A stretch of DNA of 64,000 nucleotides from Octopus vulgaris. Lineage: Eukaryota. The translations under genes and the position numbers were made by a program. The first letter of the stretch is position 1; each line of letters opens with the position of its first letter. Of this stretch, positions 1-16,622 are shown in pieces. The notes under the pieces are model-generated. The model was given only the letters and a program-made list of their open reading frames with translations. It was not told where the DNA came from and did not search any database. Location of the stretch: positions 24,614,001 to 24,678,000 of the forward strand of contig OX597834.1 in assembly GCA_951406725.2 (NCBI GenBank), given 5' to 3'.

Positions 1-256
1 AGATATTTTATTGGTTGAACGATATTTCGGTAGGAAGCCGTCTTTGTCGAGTTCAAAATAAAAAGTGATAATAATTCAAAACAATAGAAATATAAATTTA
101 AAGTACGAACGAGAGCGACCAGCGTGTGGATGCTGGTTGCTCTCGTTCATACTTTGAATTAGAATTTTTGATAATTTTGAATTTTTATCACTTCTTATTT
201 TCAACTCGACAAAGACAAGCTTGCCGTCGAAATATCGTTCCATCAATTAAATATCT
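1..256. repeat. Imperfect ~256-bp palindrome (fold-back), probably inverted Penelope-type terminal repeats
   Basis: Left arm AGATATTTTATTGGTTGAACGATATTTCGG...GTCTTTGTCGAGTT...GAGAGCGACCAGC is the reverse complement of GCTGGTTGCTCTC...AACTCGACAAAGAC...CGAAATATCGTTCCATCAATTAAATATCT. Centre ~127; may extend beyond the window start. Confidence 0.85.
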
Positions 257-399
257 ATTGCGATCGCATTACGCTTTTCATCTTGTCTGTTTATCTTTGT
301 GAAGTGTTACGTCAATCCTTTTAAAATACAATGATAATCATAATAATAATAACAATAATAATAATAATAATAAGTACTCCTGCCTACTGGTGATGCCTA

Positions 400-799
400 C
401 ATCATCCCGAATCAGTCGTTGAAGATAAAAATGTCACTCCTCTGGGATTTTACAGTCAACACGGACAAAACGATCCAGTCTAATCGACCGGACATAGTCG
501 TTAAAAACAGAGAAGAAAATACTTGTAGACTAATAGATGTAAGTGTTCCTACTGATAAAAATATATCTATCAATGAATTTGACAAAGTAAGTAAATAGAA
601 TGTTCTGGAAATTAAAATATAAAAGATGTGGCATCTTAAAGCGAGAACTGTTTATGTTATTGTGGTTGTCCTAGGTATGATAAGAAAGGGATGTCAGAAA
701 CATGTAGATAACATCCCAGGAGAACCATGTCTCAGAGAAATCCAAAAGATTGTGCTGACAAGTACTGCCAATATCCTTAGTAAAACACTATCAATCTAA
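400..799 (+). mobile_element. 3' fragment of an R4/Dong-like non-LTR retrotransposon (restriction-like endonuclease domain), decayed
   Basis: Translates to LWDFTVNTDKTIQSNRPDIVVKNREENTCRLIDVSVPTD...IQKIVLTSTANILSKTLSI* (RLE PD..D motif) with internal stops; lies just after a (TAA)n tract at 340-373. Confidence 0.85.
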
Positions 800-806
800 A
801 TGTATG

Positions 807-1111
807 TGTTGTTGTTGTTGTTTGTTCCTTCTGGAGCCATGCTGGCTCGTAAGGGCCGGTTTCCAGGTTTCATTGGTGTATAGGTTCCCCACCTGGACGA
901 GACGCCGGTCCGTCCAGGTGAGCTGCTAGCTGCAGGGGGGAAAGAGTGAGAAAGCTGTGGCGAAAGAGTCAGCAGAAGTTCGCCGTTACCTTCTGCCGGA
1001 GCCGATGTTTGTGTTTTGCTCATAAACACACACACCGCCCGGTTTGAGATTCGAACCCGTGATTCCTCGACCGCGGGTCCACTGTTCTAACCCCTAGTCC
1101 ATGTGCCTCCA
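807..1111 (-). mobile_element. tRNA-derived SINE (head type C, GACCGGCGTCTCGTCCAGG-type tail)
   Basis: Minus strand begins GGAGGCACATGGACTAGGGGTTAGAACAGTGGACCCGCGGTCGAGGAATCACGGGTTCGAATCTC (A/B boxes); body matches 34549-34923; ends in (CAA)n. Confidence 0.85.
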
Positions 1112-1730
1112 TATGTGTTGTATTACATGAATATACTTTGCTACTGCCTCTGCACTTTCCCTCCCCAACCTTTCAATCATACTGCATCATCTCTTATCGG
1201 TTAATTCGTACAAGTGCAATCTGTAAGTGGATCAGTAAAAATATGCAAAGCTTTTCTCAAGTTACAAAAGTGGATTTTTCTGTGTTAAATACATCTCAAA
1301 GATGGAACCTTGTATCTTTGTTGGAAACCGGCTCCCTCCTCAATGGAAGATTTATGATAATTAAAACATAGAACAGACATACTTAAGTATGTGTGTGTAA
1401 ATATATGTATGTGTAAAGTTTTACCGTACGGCTCATATATATTGCACACACATACAAATTATATGGACTCAGTCATGCACACTTCCCTGCCCACTTTTGC
1501 CATTTTAGATAGAGTGAACCAGTCATTGGTCCGCTGGAAACCTGCAACCGACGACGCTATTCTTCACAAAACGCAACCCAAAACAAGATCAACAATAACG
1601 TAAATAACAACAACAATGCCAACTGATCTGCTACGATCCACTGTTGATACATAACCTACTCTGATAAGCTTTTGCTTATCTTATCTTTTCTGATTTGCTC
1701 TTGATAATTGCTTCTAAGTGTCTCGAATTG

Positions 1731-1858
<128 letters not shown>

Positions 1859-2320
1859 AAGCCTTCCACATTGCAGTGTACACCGCCATAATGCGTATTT
1901 GTGCAGTGTGTATAAACAACATTGCTTCCATAAATACAATTTCTAAATATATCACACACATACATGCATACAGACATGCACACACACACATACACGTGCA
2001 CATGCACACGCATGCGCTCGCACACACACACACACATACACGCACACACGCACGCATACACATACACACATGCACACACCATTGCATAGTTCTGTTGTGA
2101 AATTATTTGTCAGATGTAAAAATGTTTGGCCGACATCATCTCAGTGTCGAATATGGAATCCAAATGCTTTAAGCTCTCGTTTTACAGAAACATCCTGCAA
2201 TTCCCAAAGGAACATTTGAATGTTTCATGGAAGATTAAAAATAAAAAAAATGATTTTGATACTATCTTTGCCTCACAATTTATTGGCTCGTATATCACTC
2301 ACTAGTCATCTACCTCAGCT

Positions 2321-2605
<285 letters not shown>

Positions 2606-2719
2606 GCTTTTGTTCCAATTTGTACGGAAAAGATGGATGGATATCATTATTATGAGTGAGTGAGTATTCGTGCGTGCATGTACGCGCGCGCGTGTTTTGT
2701 GCGCATAGTTGAATAGACA

Positions 2720-3984
2720 GTAAGAAACCAGACACAGTAAATTGTCGCCATTTTATATTTTTTAATTTCTTGCATGCGCATTGTTTGTTTTTGATTTTGT
2801 CGACTACACAGTGTAGTAGGGTCAGTTGCGTACAGCCTGTGAGAAAAACAGCACCATGACGCAATTCTCTCCGCCAGAAATTTGGAAACGACATGCCGTA
2901 CTGATTGATATTCGCGCCGGAATCTCCAATACGAACATTTCAGAGTATTTGGATGTCAATCTGAGGACAGTGCAGAGGATTCGGAAACAGTTGGATGAGC
3001 CTAATGGTGATTATAAAGGTACGGCAGCTCGAAAAACTCACTGTGCTCTTTCTGATAAGAAAAGAATTCCTGAATTTGTTGGTAAGACCCAGGCCATGAT
3101 TGACAACGATCCCTTGAAGTCAATCAGGTCCATCGCCAGGGCCATGAGAGCGTCTGAGTTTATTATTAGGCAGATAGTGCATGAAAACATTCGGTATTCC
3201 TCATAGAAGATGAGAAAGGGCGAATTTTTATCCCAAGCCATCAAGGACAAGAGGAAAGACCACACTTTTCAACAAACCCAAGCGTCCCCTCCAACCGAAC
3301 ATGGTTTGGTTTTTCTCAATCGAGAAAAGATTCTGCCGTTGGTTTGCCGTGTCCCCAAAACATGCACCGAGAGTGATAAAAATCAAACATCCAGGCAACA
3401 TTATGGTGTTTGGAGTGAACACTATTGATGACGACTTTATGCCTCTATTCATCTTCCCACGCGGCCTGAGACTGAACACGGAGGCTTACATCAAGTGCCT
3501 GGAGGAAGTAGTGCTGCCGTAAGTCAAAAGGGTGGCTGCTGGAAGACTCCATGTCTGGCAACATGACTCTGCACCATGCTACAGAGGCTGGAGAGCCCTG
3601 TCATGGCTGTCAGACAATTTCTCCGACCACATCACTCCTAACACCTGGCCACCTAACTCCCCAGGCTGTAACCCCCTTGATTATTATGTGTAGGGCACAG
3701 TTGAGCGAGGGACCAACAAAGCTCTTTGTAACACCAAAGATGAACTGCAGGCAAGGATTCACCGACTTAAACAAAACAAGGAAACCGTCCGGAAGAGATG
3801 CAGAAGATTCTGAAGGCGTCTGGAGGCCGTGGTTAAAGCCAATGGCGATTTTGTTGAATAAATATACTCTTTAGTATTTCAAAATACTTTTATGTAATCT
3901 TGGTAAATATATCTGCTAAAATGAGACGTCACTCTTATTTTCATTTTTGCGTAATTTGGATGAAAATATATTCACTGCACCCTG
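2720..3984 (+). mobile_element. Tc1/mariner superfamily DD37D (maT) transposon, transposase pseudogene ~2856-3860
   Basis: N-terminal HTH (ISEYLDVNLRTVQRIRKQL), KHPGNIMVFGV, and WQHDSAPCYRGWRALSWLSDNFSDHITPNTWPPNSPGCNPLDYY with exactly 37 residues between the last two Asp. Stops and frameshifts present; right end GCACCCTG|TA. Left TIR not found. Confidence 0.9.
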
Positions 3985-4055
<71 letters not shown>

Positions 4056-4335
4056 ATATATATATATATGTATGTATGAATGTATATTTGCATGTGTGTA
4101 TAAATGTATGTAGAGACACAAGCACACGTGTACATACATACATCATGTATATATAAATACATATACAAACATATGAACATGTATATACTTATTTAAGAAT
4201 ACACGGGGGTGTGTATGTGCGTGCATGCGTGTGTGTGGAGAAAGAGAGAGAGAAAGAAAGAAGGAGAGAAACTTTTTAGAAACTCTATTTTTACACAAGA
4301 TTCTCTTATTTTCAATATTTTCTATTTGATGACAG

Positions 4336-4461
4336 ACTGGAGTGAAAATTGAGGACGATTTGATAAATATTTCTAGCAGCTCCAAAGTCTCTGCAGAGGA
4401 TCCTTCGCCCGTTGGTAGCGCTAGTGCTGATAATGGCGATGGAGATGGTCGCGTTAGTTGA
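4336..4461 (+). other. Candidate host coding exon (weak)
   Basis: Pyrimidine-rich tract and GACAG acceptor at 4331-4335, then open frame TGVKIEDDLINISSSSKVSAEDPSPVGSASADNGDGDGRVS* in non-repeat sequence. No homology recognised. Confidence 0.25.
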
Positions 4462-4579
4462 TGTTGTGGTGGTGGTGCTAGTGGTAGCAGTGTCTTCATT
4501 TGGCTTGGTGGTGGTGGTGGTGGTGGTGTGTAAGCTGATGGCAGAGGTGTCTCAGGTTGTTGTCCTGGTTGTGGTGTTG

Positions 4580-4790
4580 GCATATTTTTGTTGTCGTAGT
4601 TCAGGCCCAATTCAATCGTGATTGGAGAGACTCACAATGAAAGGCGTTCCAATTGTGACCATCTTGTTTATGTATTTTGTTTATGGAACAAATGTCTATA
4701 TTATGCAACGCTAACGTGCGACTTGAGGGAGATTTAGCTAGTATTTCTACCATGTTAACTGATCACTTAGAGGCTCCGATGATCGTTGGG
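4580..4790 (+). mobile_element. Degenerate short interspersed repeat (family with GAGATTTGGCTGCTATTTCTAG motif)
   Basis: Shares GTGACCATC and GAGATTTAGCTAGTATTTCTA motifs with copies near 52990-53170, 41420-41580, 47560 and reverse copies near 20900-21060 and 27130-27460. Confidence 0.5.
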
Positions 4791-5374
4791 ATGGTGATAG
4801 TGATAGTGGGTGGGGTGGCAATGGTTTCGTTGTAGTGATGCTGGTGGTAGTGATGCTGGTGGTGGTGATGGTGGTGGCAGTGGTGTTGGTGGTAGTAATT
4901 GTGCTTGCTTTGGTGATGATGGTGGTGGTGAGTTGAGTTGGTGCTTATGGTGAGGATAATGGTGGTGGTGATTATTGTGACTATGGTGGTGGTGGTGGTT
5001 GGGGGTCGGTGGTTATGGTGCCGGTGGTCTTTATTGTGATTATGGTAATGACTACAGTGGTGGTAGTGGTGGTAGTGGTGGTAGTGATGGTAGTGGTGAT
5101 GGTTGTGGTGATGGTTGTGGTGGCGGCGGTAGTGGCGTTTGTGTTGTTGCTGTCGGTGGTACTGGTTGTTGCAGTAGTTGCGACTGTTGTGGCGGTTGAG
5201 CGTCGTGTTGCCGGTTGCCATAGTGACAATGGCGATGGCTTTGGTAATATCGCTGGTATTTGTGGTAACCATAGCAACTGGAATGAGACTTTTTGAAAAC
5301 AAGGAAAACTGCCTCAGTAACAGCAGCCTCAGCGTGGAGCGTTTGCGGCAGCGGCAGTAATAGCCACAGCAATG

Positions 5375-5427
<53 letters not shown>

Positions 5428-5524
5428 GGTGGTGGTGGTGGTGGTGGTGGTGGTGGTGGTAGTAGTAGTAGTAGTGGTGGTGGTGGTGGTGGTAGTAGTA
5501 GTAGCAGTAGTAGTAGTGGTGGTG

Positions 5525-5564
<40 letters not shown>

Positions 5565-5635
5565 CAGTAGTAGTAGTAATAGTAGTGGTGGTGGTGGTGG
5601 TGGTGGTGGTAGTAGTGGTAGTAGTAGTAGTAGTT

Positions 5636-5694
<59 letters not shown>

Positions 5695-5720
5695 GGTGGT
5701 GGTTGTCGTAGTAGTAGTAT
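4790..5720. repeat. Compound (GGT)n/(AGT)n trinucleotide low-complexity tract
   Basis: Direct reading; source of the poly-G/S/V/T/P ORFs. Confidence 0.95.
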
Positions 5721-6172
5721 TCGTAGCAGTTCCAATAATGACAGCAACAGCGGCAATGGAAACAGTTTTTGTGGCCTTGATAACAGCATCAACAACAGCA
5801 ACTACAGCAGCATTAGGACCAGCAACAACAGCAACCGCAGCAGGAGCCCGTAAGAGGTATCTCGACCTGTATAAGATAAAAGCCAATTTTTTTCCTAAAA
5901 GAATACCCTAGTGAGTTGGTGGAGGGTAAGGATTCATTATAACACGTAGTCCCAGGTGTTCGTATGGGATAGTTATGACTGAATATCTTCTTTTATCAGA
6001 AGTCTGCATCGAGCTGGGTTGTCCTTGGGTTGAACAGGAACAGAAACGCCAACAACAACAATAACAAGACACGTCATGAGAAGAGAAGAAAACTTCGTCC
6101 GGAGTACTGAAACTGAAGTAAGGATACGCTTAGCGGTATGCAAAAAAATTTACAGTCATATACTGATATATG

Positions 6173-6495
6173 TGAAGGCACGTAGTTTAGTAGATAGGGA
6201 ATTTGGCTCACGGTCGTAAAGTCGTGAGTTCAATGCCCGGCGACGCGTTGTGTCCTTGAGCAAGACACTTTATTTCACGTTGCTCCAGTCCACTCAGCTG
6301 GCAAAAATTAGTAGTACCTGTATCTCAAAGGGCCAGCATTGTCACACTCGGTGTTACGCTGATTCCCCTCGAGAACTATGTTAACGGTACAGTGTCTGTG
6401 GAGTGTTCAGCCACTTGCACGTTAATTTCACAAGCAGGCTGTTCTGTTGATCGGATCAGCTGGAACCCTCGACGCCGTAACCAACAAAGTGCTAG
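6173..6495 (+). mobile_element. tRNA-derived CORE-type SINE
   Basis: tRNA-like head, CORE-like GTGTCCTTGAGCAAGACACTTTATTTCAC, and a 3' part (CAGCCACTTGCACGTTAATTTCAC...CGTAACC) shared with 25088-25415 and 34549-34923. Confidence 0.85.
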
Positions 6496-6502
6496 CCAGC
6501 AT

Positions 6503-7150
6503 ATACGGAGAGGTACCCAAGTGAAACCGGAATTTTGTAATATCATTTTATCCACTTAGTTTTACATGTTAACACTTTTGTCACCTTCAAAGTATTCTCT
6601 ATTTAAAGCAATGCATCGATCTAGACGCGTTTTCCACTATTCGAAGCTGGAACTCTTGCGAAGTGATGCCTTTTAACGCCTCCATGGTTTTTTTCCTTCG
6701 CCTCTTCCACATCTGCAAATTCCGACACACCAGCCTCCATCACCAATGATGACCTTCGAAAAAAGGTCCGGATCAACTTTCAACTGTTCTTTCAGTTCGT
6801 AACATGCGTTCAGTCGTGACTGCTTTTAATCTTCCGTGAGCAAGTGAGGCACAAATTTTGCTGCAATTCTTTTCATTCGCAATTCCTCGCTCAAAATTCG
6901 TTAGCAGGAGCTCCAGGACACACCAGTCATATCAACAAGTTCATCAATTGTTCGGTGACGGTCCTCGATGATCATTTCATCAATTTTCATGATATTCTAA
7001 CTCGTTTGAGAGGTCAACAGTCGTCCTGAACGAGGTTGGTCTTCAAACAACAAGTGACCATTCCTAAAGTGTGAAAACCATTCATAAACTTGTATTTTGC
7101 ACATGGCAGCGTCCTTGTAAGCTGTTTGAAGCACGACCTTATCAGGACCT
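6503..7150 (-). mobile_element. mariner-type transposon remnant, internally deleted
   Basis: Minus strand RILSEELRMKRIAAKFVPHLLTED*KQSRL...KVIIGDGGWC (WVPHEL-like and TGDE-like motifs) jumps directly to C-terminal FE*WKTRLDRCIALNREYFEGD. The middle of the catalytic domain is missing. Confidence 0.88.
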
Positions 7151-7430
7151 CATCAACCAATGTCTTTTTTTTTCGGATATTAGGTCTGATGTTTGAGACA
7201 GATTTAGCTGCTATATTTAACAGTAAATTATACATAACCAATAATTAATTTAATACTCATATTTGTGACAGCCTTAAATCAAAACACCGGTGTGTATAGC
7301 ATTTTTAGCATGCATACAAATGTGGAACAGCAATAGTTGTAATATTTTGTTAAAAAGAATTTGCTCAAAGAGAAGAATGTGAAAAAAAGAAAGAAGAGAA
7401 ACAAGGCTTAACTCATAATGTCGGTGGATC

Positions 7431-7473
7431 CGCCAGACACGATGTTTCGACCTATTTGGTCTCCTTAGTGATG
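7431..7473 (-). ncRNA. Type I hammerhead ribozyme motif with one core substitution
   Basis: Minus: CATCA-CTAAGGA-GACC aaata GGTC-GAAA-CA tcg TG-TC-TGGCG. Stems I, II and III pair and there is a GUC site, but the core reads CUAAGGA instead of CUGANGA. Confidence 0.65.
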
Positions 7474-8207
7474 AATATCCTGGACGCTCTGAGCAAGGCT
7501 AAAAGTAGTTGTTCCAATGTAGAAATCGGTAAACAAAAGGTGCCCGAGGTATTCGTCACTGAAGAAACCGAATCGGATCGATACCCTGCATCTATTATTG
7601 CACCGGCATTCTGAGTGAAGCCTTGGGTTTGAGTATGTGAGTCTCTATGATAAGTTTCCCTGAGACAAAATATTGCGGCGATTTCCACTCTACGTTGGAA
7701 TGTACAAACCAGCACTTTACTAATTAATAACGAATTATCCATTGTTTTATGTTCTCAACAAAAAGATCATTTGTTTTATGGTAGCCGATCATTTTACCAT
7801 TTATTCTTTATAAGGGGTGCAGCAACATTGCTAGATGTGTATGACAAAGAGGTACACCAAAAGAAACGATATGAAACACCTACTCTATGCAGTCACTCAA
7901 TTTTATGAAAATAGCTGTCAACTATCCTTGCTGACTGAGAAAAGGGAGATGTTAGACAGCGTAGTCCTAGACATACTATGCCAAAAAAGATCAAGAATCG
8001 TCATGGTTATATTGGTTTTTATTCTTAGACGCCAGGGTTAAATTGAAACTGTGATTAAACAAAACGAACCATGAGTTGACAAAATCACCCCACACGCACT
8101 CACGCGCGCGCATAAACATATATATACATACATACATACATGCCTATATACACATATACATATAAATCAATATTCATACATAACATACACACACATACAT
8201 ACATACA

Positions 8208-8243
<36 letters not shown>

Positions 8244-8924
8244 TACATACATACAGATACATATATATGCATATACATATACATACATATATGCATACGC
8301 ATAAATACACATAGTTACATATACACATACATATATGTGTGTGTGTGTATAAGCTTCAACCCATCAGGATTGGTAAAGTACCAGTCTCGTACTGGGGTTA
8401 ATGTAATCCATTAAACCTTGCCCTTAAAATTACTGTCCCTTGTGCCAAAATCAGAAACAGTTCTTACAGGCATTTCTGCTGCTGTTTCTTCATTAATACT
8501 ACAGCTACTGCTACTATTACTGCTGCTTTTGCTGCTGCTGCTGCTTTTCCTCTTTTGTTATTGCCTCCATGTCGCTGCTGCACTAACCACTATAAGTGTT
8601 GCATCCATTATTGCTGCTGTTGTCGCTGCTGCAGCTATTTTCGCTTCTGCTGAATTAAATACCATATAGCTGCTTCCGGTGCTGCTCCTTTGCAGTTGTA
8701 TTAAATGCCATATAGCCGATACCTCCATAAATGCTGCTGTTTTCAATGCAGTCTTTTGCTTCTGCTGCCGCGGCTGCTGCTGTTGCTGCTGTATTAGATG
8801 CAACATAGATGCAGTTTCTATTGCCGCTGATGCAGTTGCTGCTGTTGCCTTGATACTACAAGTGCTGCTTATAACTCTAGAGTCGTCGTTGCAGCTGTTA
8901 TTGACACAGTTACTACAATAAATT

Positions 8925-9400
<476 letters not shown>

Positions 9401-10074
9401 TAAATGTAACCTCTATTGCTGCTGTTGTTATTGAATTTCATTTTATTTTTCCATCGCGAGGTGTGGGGTGTATGGGGATAGGTCAGTGACCTTTTTCTGT
9501 TCCATCAGAAGGGACACTACAAAAGACACCTCAGATGCCATGTAGCAATGGTGTTGACGTTCAAGCAGGCGATGTTGAACAAGGTACTTCTGCCCGGCGC
9601 TCTCACAATTTTGCCAGTTCCCAGTCCAAAATTGGCACTTTTTATCGTCTGTAGGAAAGTGAAAGGCAAAACTTTACGTCAGTGAGAACTGAAATCAGAA
9701 TGAAAGGAACCAGAATAAATATCACTAGGTATGCCCTTCCACGCCGACAGTTCACCGTCGGAGAATGATTCTTTGACTTGTCACCCACAGAGAGATAAAA
9801 GCTAACTTCTGCAGGAATTGAAAGTAGAACGAAAGATGCCGGAGCTAATTGTACAGCACAACCCGCCCGACCGACCCTCTAACGTTTCTACCAATCCGAT
9901 ACTTTAGATTATTGTGACAGCAGATATAGACATACTCTCAGTCCTTTCGCCTTCGGCGGGATATCGACGATGCGACAACTTGATCAAGGATGGAATATCG
10001 AAAAGAGAGACGGCTGCACCAGCAAGGAGTGGTTCTAATTTAAAGCTGTGTCGGTTGGTGCAACGTGATATACT

Positions 10075-10283
10075 TACTTTTACTTTTACTTGTTTCAGTC
10101 ATTCGACTGTGGCCATGCTGGAGCACCGCCTTTAGTCGAGCAAATCGACCCCGGGACTTATTCTTTGTAAGCCCAGTACTTATTCTATCGGTCTCTTTTT
10201 TGCCGAACCGCTAAGTGACAGGGACGTAAACACACCAGCATCGGTTGTCAAGCAATGCTAGAGGGACAAACACAGACACACAA

Positions 10284-10328
<45 letters not shown>

Positions 10329-10497
10329 CATACGACAGGCTTCTTTCAGTTTCCGTCTACCAAATCCACTCACAAGGCTTTGGTCGGCCCGAGGCTATAG
10401 TAGAAGACATTTGCCCAAGATGCCACGCAATGGGACTGAACCCGGAACCATGTAGTTCATAAGCAAGCTACTTACCACACAGCCACTCCTGCGCCTA
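10075..10497 (-). mobile_element. tRNA-derived SINE family B, full length
   Basis: Reverse complement closely matches 54600-55015 (GGCGCAGGAGTGGCTGTGTGGTAAGTAGC...GACTGAAACAAGTAAAAG). Confidence 0.92.
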
Positions 10498-11239
10498 TAG
10501 TGCTTCTGTCAATGACACAATGCGCAACCTTGTCCAGGAATCGAGCTCCACGGCAAGGATAACCACTACGTCAAGTATATTAATACTACAAGTGTTGATT
10601 CTGCTGTTGTTGTTGCTGGTGTTGCTGTCAATGCAGAGCTTTTCGCTGCTGTTTTTAACACACTATATCTGCAGCCGATACTGCCTTGTTGATGTTGCTG
10701 TTGTCACTACTGCTGCTGTTGGTGTTGCTGCTGTTGCTACATTAATACTACAGTTGCTGCTTCTGTTGTTGCTGCTGCTGCTGCACATAATGCCATACAA
10801 GTGCTGCTGCTACTACTATTGTTGGTGCAGCTGTTGACATTGCGGCTCCTTCACCTGCTAATCTTATTCACGTCGTCTTGGTCATCGTCATCGTCATCGT
10901 CATCACCATCATGGGCGTTGCTGCAGTTACTATTATTGATATTGCTGCTGCTGTTGTTGTTAGTGTTGTTGCTATTGCTGTCGTTATTATTGTTGTTCTT
11001 GTTCTTGTTGCTATCGTCGCTGTTCTTGTCATATATCCTGCTGTTAGTGTCATCGTGGTTTTCGTCCTTTTATATTGAACTCAATGTCTTGGGCCAACGT
11101 GGCCGATAAAAGAAATCTTCCTCCTCATTATCATCATCATCATTAAAGCGTCGGTAAAAGATGGGTTCAAACTCCACCAAAGTCAACTTTGCCCCTTTCA
11201 ACCTTCCGTGGGTCACTAAAAGTAATTGTCAAAATTATT

Positions 11240-13970
<2,731 letters not shown>

Positions 13971-14097
13971 AGTACACTTGCTGTTGTATACTTTTGTCGT
14001 TAATGTTGTTGCTGCTTTTGCAGCTACGAATTCTCGTTGTGTTACCTTGCTTGCGTCTGTGCAACGCTCGGGGCAGAATACAGAATACAGAAACCAT

Positions 14098-14161
<64 letters not shown>

Positions 14162-14485
14162 GGCTGTCCATTTGTGGCCAAGGAAGACTATTGTTGACCA
14201 TTAAGAATATTGTGCATTCAGACAAAAATATACTTTAAACTTGTGGCCCAGCTCCTTTGACAACTGTTGTTCTTACAGAAATTACTTATACCCGAGAAAG
14301 AACACTAGAACCATTTTACCACTAATTAGGAAAGATGTCTAATGTAGCTACTTGGCAAAGCAATTCGTGAAAAGGATCCCTTTTGAATTATTTTATCCAA
14401 GCAAACAAGAAAATATATCCTACAAAAAGATGAAAGATACTCAAAAAAATATATTTAAGTAGGCCCTGCTTTGTTATATTATTTA

Positions 14486-14881
14486 CTAGCTGTATCGCCC
14501 GGCGTTGCTCGGGTTTGTAAGGGAAATAACTATAGAAGCATTTTTAGAGAGTTATAGCCAAAAAATAGCAAAAAATGCATTAAAAATGGAAAAAAAATTA
14601 TGGTAAATTTTTTTAAAATTGTTGACTCATCGTAGACATTTTTAGAGAGTTACTTCCCTTATATAATAGCGAAAAAATGCATTAAAATGGAAAAAAATGA
14701 TGGTAAATTATTTTTTAAATCGTAGACTCATCGTAGACGCGCGCTAATACCCAGAAGGGCTCGACATGAATCACAACTATAAGATACCCGCTTTTGGTTA
14801 CACTGCACCGCAAAATGTGGGAGTAGTTAGGAATCTAAATCGTAGGAGACAGACACACAACTTGACTTTTATATATAAAGA
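14486..14881 (-). mobile_element. Non-autonomous Helitron (~396 bp)
   Basis: Minus strand: A|TCTTTATATATAAAAG ... CCCGAGCAACGCCGGG (hairpin) CGATACAG CTAG|T. This gives 5' TC, 3' CTAG with a subterminal hairpin, and insertion between A and T without TSD. Internal ~100-bp tandem duplication at 14539-14738. Confidence 0.88.
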
Positions 14882-15702
14882 TATTCTACACAGTGGCTTC
14901 CAGCTAAATATGCAACATACATGTTATTACAAAACTCATTTATGATATTTGATTAGATGTAGATAGAGAATAGATTGAATTTTAAATAGTACCGAATTCA
15001 AATTATTTTTTTTATATTCTGACTTTATTTTCCTAATTTATGAATATTTAATGTTTGTTCGTGTAAACATGGAATTAAACAGATTATGGGATTTGACTAC
15101 ACAAAGTGTAAAGTTATATACATTTTCATAGGACTTTGAACTCTTTTTTTATATTTTTTATTGATGACCGCATCCTCCTCTAATTTCTTATCTTTCCTTC
15201 CCTACTTCCTAAAATTGACATCTTGAAAGGTCACCAGCCCTTGTGAGAAAATGTGTTTATTTACAAATATAATGATAGGTATAAATGAGAAGGGAAAAAG
15301 AAGGAAGAGAAAAAGGAGAAAAAAGAGGAAAAGAAAAACGCTTTGTAATGAAATTTCAAGGAGTTGACCACGTCAGATTGAAGAGAAACCGCCTTCTCTC
15401 TCTTCCTCTTTCTCCCCCTTCTCTCTCTCCCCCCTCTCTGTCTATTTTCTACCCCGTATTTGCTTTTGTTTCTCTCTTCCCTCATTTTCTCAAACAAGCA
15501 AAATTTTTTTTTTTCCTTTTCTAAACAAAGCGAAAGAACATCCGATTCTATAAATGAACAACGAAACGTTCTGTTTTTACCATTTTGATTTTGTCTTGAC
15601 GAGTTCGACAAACGAAGGAAAGCGCTAATAAGGAATTTTCAAAAATTCTGACTGCCTCCTTTTTCTCTATACATTATCTGTACACACCGCTTCCAACACT
15701 CG

Positions 15703-15776
<74 letters not shown>

Positions 15777-15857
15777 TTATATATATACATATGTATGTGG
15801 GCATTTATGTGTATGTCTGTATAGGGATTTTGGACAGATATGTATATATGCATACAT

Positions 15858-15925
<68 letters not shown>

Positions 15926-16190
15926 ACACTCACACACACAAACATCGCGCGCGCGTGTGTGTGTATGTGTTTGCTTATGCATGTGTGTTTGTGAATGTAT
16001 GTTGGAGTCTAGGAGAGGGAGGGCTAGGTTCCATTTACATTCTTCTTCAAATTGACTTCCATTAATATTGGAAATGGGTGGTTAGCGGAGGCGAGGTGGT
16101 TGTTAGTGGATGGGATGGAAGGGAGTAAGCCGGAGAAATAGGGGCGGAGGAGGAATAGAAGAATGGGATAGGGAGGATGGGGACAACGAC

Positions 16191-16222
<32 letters not shown>

Positions 16223-16571
16223 TGATGATGATGACGTTGTTGGTGGTGGTGCTGATAACGGTGATGATGATGGTGGTTTATGTGTAAGTCTGTATGGGGT
16301 CTTTGAACAGAAATTGCATATATGAGAAGGGAGAAGAAGAAAAAGGAGGAGAAAGAGAAGGAGGAGGAGAAGAAGAAGAAAAACTAAGAAAGAAAAGGAG
16401 AAGAAGAGAAGAAAGGGGGAGGAGAAGAAGGAGAAGGAGAAGGAAACTATGGAAAAGAAGAAAACAGCAGCAATAAGCAACAACTACATTAAATCGATGA
16501 TGAAGTAGAGACTGATCGTGACAGTATCTGTGTTGGTGATGGAGATGATGATGATGAGGATGATGATGAAA

Positions 16572-16622
<51 letters not shown>

